Positions 58,146 to 64,000 of a stretch of DNA of 64,000 nt are shown here, in pieces; positions within the stretch are counted from its first letter, which is position 1; each line of letters starts with the position of its first letter. The stretch is from an uncultured Gammaproteobacteria bacterium. GTDB lineage: Bacteria; Patescibacteriota; Microgenomatia; Levybacterales; GWA1-39-11. The stretch covers positions 143,112-207,111 of the forward strand of contig CAZXND010000002.1 of NCBI GenBank assembly GCA_964641355.1, given 5' to 3'. The position numbers were made by a program, and so were the translations under genes. The notes beneath the pieces were generated by a model. That model was not told where the DNA came from. It saw only the letters and a list, made by a program, of their open reading frames with translations, and made no database searches.

Positions 58146-59028
58146 TTTTATTTGAGTAAACTCCGGACATTATATTCTTTCTAATCCTTAATAAATCTAG
58201 AACACCTTCTATAGAATCTCTTATTGGGCTTACCCTTCTAGTCTCCACATATAACCACTCAACAGGAACCTCTTTTATTTTGTACTTCTTTTGTTTTGCT
58301 ACATACAGTATTTCAATATCAAACCCAGCAGTTACCGACGATCCACTAATAGATCTAAAACCGTTATGAATTTTTTTAACTTTTTCAAACACATCTCTTC
58401 CCGCTTTTCTTGTAAACATTTTAAATCCACATTGAGTATCTTTTACTTCTCCGATACCTACAAGAAAAGATCTTAGAATTATCATCCCTTCAGCCATTAT
58501 TTTTCTTGATATTGGAGCTCCTCGTCTTGTCCCCGCACGAGATCCGATTACAATATCAAATCCTTCTGAAAAATAAGGAAAAAGTTTTCCTATTTCCTCA
58601 ATCGGTGTTGCCTGATCCATATCTGAAAACAAAATATAATCACCTTTTGCTTCTAGAACTCCTGTAGTTACTGCTCCAGCCTTACCCATATGTTCGTTTT
58701 TTATCAGTTTAAATTTTTTATTTTCTGAAGCAAACTTACTCACAAACTCTCGACTCCCATCTGTTGAACCATCATCAACGACTATAACCTCATAGTTATA
58801 TATCTGTTTTTCCAAATAACTTTTTACTTTTTCAAGAGGTCCCTTCTGAAGATTGGCCATCTCGTTATATGACGGGATAACCACTGAAACTACAACGTCT
58901 TTCACAATACAAATATTATACAAAATAACTAATATCAAATACACAACACTCTGCTTGCCAAAATAAGAGCAAAGACCTATAATGATCGGATGGCAAATCA
59001 TGAAAGCCTTTTCAGACCAGAAAATCAA
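58138..59028 (-). CDS. GT2, DPM1/GtrB-like polyprenyl-phosphate sugar synthase; probably the first gene of the cluster
   Basis: VVSVVIPSYNEMANL...VIVVDDGSTDGS...KNEHMGKAGAVTTGV...FSDMDQATP...DTQCGFKMF. The track ORF start at 59028 overlaps the divergent plus-strand gene by 39 bp. An in-frame GTG at 58905 would give a canonical MKDVVVSVVIPSYNE N-terminus and is preceded by TGTATAAT. Confidence 0.6.
   Translation of the reverse strand: MIFWSEKAFMICHPIIIGLCSYFGKQSVVYLILVILYNICIVKDVVVSVVIPSYNEMANLQKGPLEKVKSYLEKQIYNYEVIVVDDGSTDGSREFVSKFASENKKFKLIKNEHMGKAGAVTTGVLEAKGDYILFSDMDQATPIEEIGKLFPYFSEGFDIVIGSRAGTRRGAPISRKIMAEGMIILRSFLVGIGEVKDTQCGFKMFTRKAGRDVFEKVKKIHNGFRSISGSSVTAGFDIEILYVAKQKKYKIKEVPVEWLYVETRRVSPIRDSIEGVLDLLRIRKNIMSGVYSNKNA
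58955..58989 (+). promoter_or_regulatory. candidate sigma70-type promoter giving a leaderless transcript for the P-loop kinase gene
   Basis: TTGCCA (58955-58960), 17-nt spacer, TATAAT (58978-58983), then 6 nt to the ATG at 58990. No SD possible in that spacing. Confidence 0.35.
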
Positions 59029-59757
59029 GAAAGACTTAAAGAGTATCCATATCTTATAACAATATCTGGATACTCCGGAGTTGGTAAAACAAAAACTGGG
59101 GAAGCTATAGCAATGCGTCTTGGAATGCGTTATTTTAAAGGTGGAGAGTTAATAAGACTACGTCATAGAGAGCGAACAAAAAAAGATATTGTAGGACCCA
59201 CAAATAGAAAAGTGCGAGAAGATATTAACCTCGATAGAGAATTAGCAAAACTCATAAAAAGATCTTCCTATAATCATCCTTCAGTAATTGAGTCAAGACT
59301 TGGAGGACTTATAGCAAAAGGCGTAATTAAAATTGAAGATGAAGATGGGCAAATTATAGAAATTCCTCAAAATCCCGGTATAGTCACTGTTTGTATAATA
59401 GCGAGTGATGAAAATACGAGATTTAAAAGACTTGAAAAAAGATATTCAGCAGAAAGTGGATCGATATTACCGTTTGAAGAAATAAAACATCTTACCCGTG
59501 AAAGAGAAAAACAAGATTTATCTCTTTGGATGGAGGCTCATCCAGAACTTAGAGAATTAAACATACAAAACCCATTCGATCCAGAATTAAAAACACTTGA
59601 TGGAAAGCGCGTATACGACATCGTTATTGACACACAAAATCTCAACTTACAAGAAGCAACTGAAGAACTAATGAGAAGACTCAAATTGGAAGAAAAAAAT
59701 ACTCCCGAAAGAAATAGGCAATCAATGAAACCTAAAACTTCTTATTTTATTGGGTAG
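58990..59757 (+). CDS. P-loop NTPase, cytidylate/adenylate-kinase-like
   Basis: Walker A ITISGYSGVGKTKTGEAIA; 255 aa; divergent from the glycosylation cluster. Confidence 0.5.
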   Translation: MANHESLFRPENQERLKEYPYLITISGYSGVGKTKTGEAIAMRLGMRYFKGGELIRLRHRERTKKDIVGPTNRKVREDINLDRELAKLIKRSSYNHPSVIESRLGGLIAKGVIKIEDEDGQIIEIPQNPGIVTVCIIASDENTRFKRLEKRYSAESGSILPFEEIKHLTREREKQDLSLWMEAHPELRELNIQNPFDPELKTLDGKRVYDIVIDTQNLNLQEATEELMRRLKLEEKNTPERNRQSMKPKTSYFIG

Positions 59758-60106
59758 AGCAAGTTCTACCAAATCCATTTTTTCCAAAAACTGTAGAACT
59801 TTTCCTTTTTACAAGATCTTCTTCAATCATCTTCGCTGCACTAGCTCTATGTTCAATCCCACAAACAAGAAGTTGTTCTGGTACACCCAGAATGTCAAAA
59901 TCCAATGTTTGAGTTCCGTTGTTCGAACATCTTTCTATTTCACATTCCTCTTTCCTGGCAACTCTCTCAAAAGCCCTTCTCCCCAATTCCCCCTTTGCAA
60001 ATTCTCTTCTAAAATCTCTTGCTTTGCTTAAAGGAGCGCTTATGCCTTCAGCAATCGATCGAGATTTAACTTCGATAATCATGCTCGACATTATAACCGA
60101 AAGCAA
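59747..60106 (-). CDS. hypothetical protein (119 aa), locally GC-richer than the surroundings
   Basis: Longest ORF in the 59.76-60.10 kb gap. Uses G-rich codons (GGG GAA TTG GGG AGA AGG) atypical for this window. No family recognised. Confidence 0.3.
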   Translation of the reverse strand: MLSVIMSSMIIEVKSRSIAEGISAPLSKARDFRREFAKGELGRRAFERVARKEECEIERCSNNGTQTLDFDILGVPEQLLVCGIEHRASAAKMIEEDLVKRKSSTVFGKNGFGRTCSTQ

Positions 60107-60201
60107 GCTATAGGTAAATCTTTAAATTATAAAAAGATTTTAGCTTATAAATTGGGGAAAATTGTAATTCAAGGTAATTTTGAGTAAAATGGAGAACAAT
60201 T

Positions 60202-60275
60202 GCCCTCGTCGTCTAGTGGCCTAGGATATCTGGTTCTCATCCAGAAGATCACCGGTTCAAATCCGGTCGGGGGCA
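60202..60275 (+). tRNA. tRNA-Glu (anticodon CUC)
   Basis: Manual cloverleaf: acceptor GCCCTCG/CGGGGGC (one G-U pair), 3-bp D stem GTC/GAT as in tRNA-Glu, anticodon stem TCTGG/CCAGA with loop TTCTCAT (U33, CUC, A37), variable AGATC, T arm ACCGG-TTCAAAT-CCGGT, discriminator A. No encoded CCA. Confidence 0.8.
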
Positions 60276-60287
60276 CAATAAATATAA

Positions 60288-62684
60288 TTATTCTGCGGGA
60301 GTTGGACGAAGAGAAGTGAGGTTTTCCTTTGTATGTAACTCCCCTTTCATTTCTTGAAATCCTGGAATAGGCTTTGTAAGAGCAACTCTTAGTACATCAT
60401 CCATGTGCTCAGCAAAAACAAAACGCAAATCCTTAGTAACTTCTTGTGGAATCTCTTCAAGATCTTTTCTATTCTCTTTTGGAAGAATTATTGTTTTCAA
60501 ACCGGCTCTATGAGCTGCAATAACTTTTTCTTTTACTCCACCTATTTCAAGAACTCTTCCTCTAAGAGTTATTTCTCCAGTCATTCCAACTAGATGATTA
60601 ACTGATATTTTAGTGAAAGCGGAAACCAAAGCCGTTGTTATAGCAGCACCAGCTGATGGTCCATCTTTTGGAACCGCCCCTTCAGGAACATGAATGTGTA
60701 CATCAACTTTGTTATAAAAATTCTCATTTAATCCCAATTTCTTAGCTCGAGATCTTATATATGACATTGCAGCTTGTGCACTCTCCTTCATTACATCTCC
60801 AAGTTGCCCTGTTAAAATTAACTGTCCCTTTCCAGACATAAAAGCTACTTCTATAAAGAGGATATCTCCCCCAGCTTCTGTCCAAGCTAGTCCTGTTGAA
60901 ATTCCAACATCATCCTTCTTCTCAGCAAGAGTTGAAGAGAATTTTTCAGGACCTAGATATTTAGCCGTGTTTTTTTCTGTAACAACTACCTTATCCTTAA
61001 TTCCTTCAGCTATCGCTTTTGCAACTTTTCTAAATATTCCTGTCATTTCACGCTCGAGGTTTCTAACTCCTGCCTCTCTTGTGTATCTTCGAATTATGTG
61101 ATGGAGAGCATCGTCCTTTATTTCAACATTTTCATCTTTAAGTCCATGTGCCTCAAGCTGTTTTTTAAGCAAGAAGTCTTTTCCGATATGGAATTTTTCA
61201 TCTTCTGTATATCCTGCAAAATGTATTATTTCGAGTCTATCACGAAGAGCTGGAGGTATAGTATCCAAAACATTTGCAGTGGTTATAAACATTACATCCG
61301 AAAGATCAAATGCAACATCTAAATAGTGGTCTGAGAATTTATCGTTCTGTTCGGGATCCAAAGCTTCAAGAAGCGCAGCAGAAGGATCTCCACGATAATC
61401 TGCACCTACCTTGTCAATTTCATCGAGCATAAAAACAGGATTTTTAGTACCAGCGTCTTTTATTCCTTGTATTATTCTTCCTGGGAGAGCTCCAACATAT
61501 GTTCTTCTATGTCCACGAATCTCAGCCTCATCTCTAATTCCACCTAAAGATATTTTGACAAATTTTCTACCCAAGGATTTTGCAATAGACTTTCCAATAG
61601 AAGTTTTTCCCACTCCTGGAGGTCCAACAAAACATAAAATTGGACCCTTCATTTTTCCTGCAAGCTTGTGAACTGCAAGATATTCAACTACTCGCTCTTT
61701 AGTTTTTTTCAAACCATAGTGTCCCTCATCAAGGATTTTTTCTGCATCTTTAATATTGATACTAGACTTCGTTTTTTTGCTCCAAGGAAGAGCAATTAGA
61801 GTTTCAATGTAGTTTCTTAGCCATCCCTGATCAGGACTGTAGGGTGAAGTAGATTCGAGCTTTTTAAGCTCTTTCATTGCTTTTTCCTCTACGTCTTTTG
61901 GCATTCCGGCTTTTTTAATTTTGTCAGCAAGCTCTTTAAATTCATTCCCTTCCTCAGATTGTCCAAGCTCTTTCTCAATAGTCTTTATTCTTTCTCTAAG
62001 TATTGCTTCTTTTGCGTTTTTCTCAAAAGATTCTTGAGTTTTTGCCGCAATTTTTCTCTCAAGCTCTAGAACTTTTACTTCTCTTGATAAGAATTCTGAT
62101 ATTTTCTCAAGCCTCTTTTTAATATCCAAGCTCTCAAGAATTTCTTGTCTCTCAGATCCTTTGATGTCAAGCGTAGATGCAATCTGATCAGCAAGCTCTC
62201 CAGGAGTAATCTCAGAAAGTATATTCATATAAACCAAAAAGTCGGCTTGCTTCCCAAGGCTTAAAGCTTTTTTAAACTCATTAACTAAGTGATTAGACAA
62301 AGCCTTAATATCCGCACTTTCATTAACGTCTTCATCTATCTCCTCCACTTTTGCCAAAAAATAGGAATCTTTTTCTTCATACGAAAGAATTTTTGCACGA
62401 GATAGACCTTTAACGAGAGCATTTACCTCCCCATCTGTCCTAATCATTCTTTCAATGTGGGAAACAGTACCCATTTTGTATAAATCATCAGCGGCTGGTT
62501 CGTTAATCCTGGGGTTCTTTTGTAGAACAAGACAAACTATTCCATCATCAGCATAAGCTGCCTCAAGTGCAGAAAGACTTTTTGGCCTTCCAAAAGTAAG
62601 TATAGATTCAGTGTGGGGAAAAACAATTCCGTCTCGGATGGGAATAATAGGTATAAGTCTGATTTTACTTTTGCTACTGATCAT
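60288..62684 (-). CDS. lon: ATP-dependent Lon protease (La)
   Basis: 798 aa. AAA+ Walker A GPPGVGKTSIGKSIAKSL, Walker B FMLDEIDK, proteolytic-domain serine motif PKDGPSAGAAITTALVSAF, Lon N-domain at the N-terminus. Confidence 0.95.
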   Translation of the reverse strand: MISSKSKIRLIPIIPIRDGIVFPHTESILTFGRPKSLSALEAAYADDGIVCLVLQKNPRINEPAADDLYKMGTVSHIERMIRTDGEVNALVKGLSRAKILSYEEKDSYFLAKVEEIDEDVNESADIKALSNHLVNEFKKALSLGKQADFLVYMNILSEITPGELADQIASTLDIKGSERQEILESLDIKKRLEKISEFLSREVKVLELERKIAAKTQESFEKNAKEAILRERIKTIEKELGQSEEGNEFKELADKIKKAGMPKDVEEKAMKELKKLESTSPYSPDQGWLRNYIETLIALPWSKKTKSSINIKDAEKILDEGHYGLKKTKERVVEYLAVHKLAGKMKGPILCFVGPPGVGKTSIGKSIAKSLGRKFVKISLGGIRDEAEIRGHRRTYVGALPGRIIQGIKDAGTKNPVFMLDEIDKVGADYRGDPSAALLEALDPEQNDKFSDHYLDVAFDLSDVMFITTANVLDTIPPALRDRLEIIHFAGYTEDEKFHIGKDFLLKKQLEAHGLKDENVEIKDDALHHIIRRYTREAGVRNLEREMTGIFRKVAKAIAEGIKDKVVVTEKNTAKYLGPEKFSSTLAEKKDDVGISTGLAWTEAGGDILFIEVAFMSGKGQLILTGQLGDVMKESAQAAMSYIRSRAKKLGLNENFYNKVDVHIHVPEGAVPKDGPSAGAAITTALVSAFTKISVNHLVGMTGEITLRGRVLEIGGVKEKVIAAHRAGLKTIILPKENRKDLEEIPQEVTKDLRFVFAEHMDDVLRVALTKPIPGFQEMKGELHTKENLTSLRPTPAE

Positions 62685-62691
62685 AGGTTAT

Positions 62692-62725
62692 TTAGCAGTC
62701 TAGCACAAGAGTTGCTAATTGTCAA
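62692..62725 (-). promoter_or_regulatory. CIRCE-like inverted repeat (HrcA operator candidate) overlapping a sigma70-like lon promoter
   Basis: Plus-strand TTAGCAGTC-N9-AGTTGCTAA (62692-62718). Arms TTAGCA/TGCTAA are perfect inverted repeats 15 nt apart, the same geometry as the CIRCE consensus TTAGCACTC-N9-GAGTGCTAA. Minus-strand reading shows TTGACA, 17 nt, TAGACT, 12 nt, ATG(lon), so the IR spans the -35/-10 interval. Confidence 0.45.
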
Positions 62726-62809
62726 CGGTATCAAAATGTAACAATTTTAAAGCTAAAATGAATAAATTCAGCTAGAAGAAAAACAGTATAAGGAAAACAA
62801 AAGAACGAG

Positions 62810-63304
62810 TCAAGCCCTCCACAATATAAAAAGCCCCAGAACAACAACCGCCACTTGCCACACATCTGCTTTTCCCCAAATAAGAGCCTTATTATAGCGA
62901 CCATGCCAATGTAAAAGCTGATGAAAATCATTTTCAACTTTTATCACACCTCGTGGCTTAACTACCTTTATATATATAAGGCCATCCATTACATCTGGAA
63001 GTTGGGATCCTCCAATCGCAAATAATATATAGAGAAATTCTAACCCACCCCCAAGCTTGAAAAATGCTAATCCAAGAAAAATAATAAGACTCAGAAGTAG
63101 ATCAAAAACAATAACACCCCATACCTTCTTTTTATAATCCTTATGTTTAAAGAAATGTCCATGAGGTATAAAATCAGCAACATAATGAGAAACCACACCA
63201 GTAGCTCCGGCTATCAATAGTCCTTCGATTGGCCTGTCTGGAATAAGAGAATACGCTCCAACTCCTACAACCGCTCCAATTGCTGTGTGTCCAAAAGATA
63301 TCAT
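62810..63304 (-). CDS. small integral membrane protein, possibly membrane-bound metal-dependent hydrolase-like (YdjM/DUF457-like)
   Basis: 164 aa. His-rich loop SHYVADFIPHGHFFKH between hydrophobic helices. The family assignment is tentative. Confidence 0.35.
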   Translation of the reverse strand: MISFGHTAIGAVVGVGAYSLIPDRPIEGLLIAGATGVVSHYVADFIPHGHFFKHKDYKKKVWGVIVFDLLLSLIIFLGLAFFKLGGGLEFLYILFAIGGSQLPDVMDGLIYIKVVKPRGVIKVENDFHQLLHWHGRYNKALIWGKADVWQVAVVVLGLFILWRA

Positions 63305-63882
63305 TACTTTGAGAAAGATTTAGAAATAACTAATGAGATAAATGTAGCACCTAAGGTAATTATCCAGGCAATTCCGATAATTTTTGCAAATCCATGAATC
63401 CTATCCTCTACTTCCTTCAGAGATCTTCCTACCATAACATAACCCGACATAGTTTTATTTTTAAAGGGTACGGTTACTGTCGCGCTTCTTGCACCTTTTG
63501 CGGTTTGCCAAGTCACTCGATTTTCCCCATCATCCGAAGCTTTAATTGCACCCCTAGGAAAAGTCGGCTCCTCGCCATTTTCAACGGCTGTTGAGGCAAT
63601 AAGCTTTCCATCTTTATCAAAAACCATGATAAAGGCTGCAAGACTTTTATCTATATCTACTTTACTATCAAAAGCACCAGGATTGATACTGTTTCCAGCT
63701 GAAAGAGAATTAGCAGTGTCCTCTGCTAATTGAATTTGAGGATCGTTTGCCGCTTGTCGATAAGTCTGTTGAACTATTACATATATAAGAGCATAGGCAA
63801 GAGTTATCGCAACAAAAAAAGGGAAGAATGAAATAAAGATATTTTTAGAAGGAAATTTTAATTGATTTTTTCTTTTTGGCAT
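63304..63882 (-). CDS. hypothetical bitopic membrane protein with about 120-aa extracytoplasmic domain
   Basis: 192 aa. N-terminal TM (IFISFFPFFVAITLAYALIYVIV), soluble middle, C-terminal TM (IIGIAWIITLGATFISLVI). Confidence 0.4.
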   Translation of the reverse strand: MPKRKNQLKFPSKNIFISFFPFFVAITLAYALIYVIVQQTYRQAANDPQIQLAEDTANSLSAGNSINPGAFDSKVDIDKSLAAFIMVFDKDGKLIASTAVENGEEPTFPRGAIKASDDGENRVTWQTAKGARSATVTVPFKNKTMSGYVMVGRSLKEVEDRIHGFAKIIGIAWIITLGATFISLVISKSFSK

Positions 63883-63900
63883 TCTTTAATTATTATATCA

Positions 63901-64000
63901 TTAAAAAAATTTCTTTTTGGAGTTCCTAATCCAGATTAAAGCAAGTGATAATAAATAACTACCAACAAGAATAAAGATTACATATTTAGACACACCTAGA
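63901..64000 (-). CDS. partial CDS (C-terminal end; gene continues beyond window end), hydrophobic C-terminus
   Basis: Reverse translation ...LGVSKYVIFILVGSYLLSLALIWIRNSKKKFF* with stop at 63901-63903. Too short to classify. Confidence 0.25.
   Translation of the reverse strand, partial: LGVSKYVIFILVGSYLLSLALIWIRNSKKKFF

Noticed and set aside
59760-60100. Possible RNase P RNA / tmRNA / SRP RNA in the GC-richer gap next to the tRNA
   Set aside because: I looked for RNase P P4 (AGGAAAGUCCGGGCUCC ... ACAGAANCCGGCUUA), the tmRNA tRNA-like end and SRP domain IV motifs. Only short partial matches (AGGAAAG, CAGAAC) occur, in the wrong spacing. Left as an unassigned ORF with a suggestion to scan with Infernal.
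59750-60113. Plus-strand ORFs 59750..60031 and 59919..60113
   Set aside because: Shorter than, and antisense to, the 119-aa minus-strand ORF. No features. Not reported as genes, though the whole segment is itself uncertain.
1-64000. CRISPR arrays, transposases, integrases, phage genes, rRNA
   Set aside because: No direct-repeat/spacer periodicity, no DDE or tyrosine-recombinase-like ORFs and no rRNA-like conserved stretches were seen. The apparent repetitiveness comes from protein-level paralogy, not DNA repeats.

Overview
AT-rich (~30% GC by eye) bacterial window. The protein-coding genes I checked are almost all on the minus strand. The few starts I inspected have no obvious Shine-Dalgarno sequence, and many adjacent genes have short (1–30 bp) stop/start overlaps. 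Low GC, apparent lack of SD and reliance on GT-C/lipid-linked donors suggest a reduced-genome lineage such as CPR/Patescibacteria, but this is inference only. About 58 kb (355..59028) is a single, essentially co-directional glycan-biosynthesis super-cluster. It starts with a deoxysugar nucleotide module: a GDP-fucose-synthase/ColC-like reductase, a DegT-family enzyme with His in place of the PLP lysine (ColD-like 3-dehydratase signature), another SDR epimerase/dehydratase, and later a GalE-like epimerase. It continues with more than 10 GT2 (GT-A) enzymes, four of them DPM1/GtrB/CsbB-like polyprenyl-phosphate-sugar synthases. It also has 3 GT4 (GT-B) enzymes, 2 Wzx-like MOP flippases, a SAM methyltransferase and a small secreted Tyr-rich protein. 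Most striking are about 23 large polytopic membrane proteins falling into four paralogous families. (i) Seven PMT/ArnT-like GT-C proteins with a conserved DE-x-x-x-GYNAYS loop. (ii) Four YfhO-like proteins (PLWNPY motif), one of them translationally coupled to a CsbB-like GT2. (iii) Five members of an uncharacterised ~550-aa HDG...PRW...GYG family that shares the YfhO C-terminal YFPGW module. (iv) Three members of an NPY...YGPxW...HNDxVMM family. There are also four more ArnT-like or DE-loop membrane proteins. The right flank is housekeeping: a P-loop kinase, tRNA-Glu(CUC), and Lon protease with a CIRCE-like inverted repeat overlapping a near-consensus promoter. I interpret the cluster as a massively expanded extracytoplasmic glycosylation system using lipid-linked sugar donors and diversified GT-C paralogs, with the acceptor unknown. 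No CRISPR, transposase, integrase or rRNA was detected.
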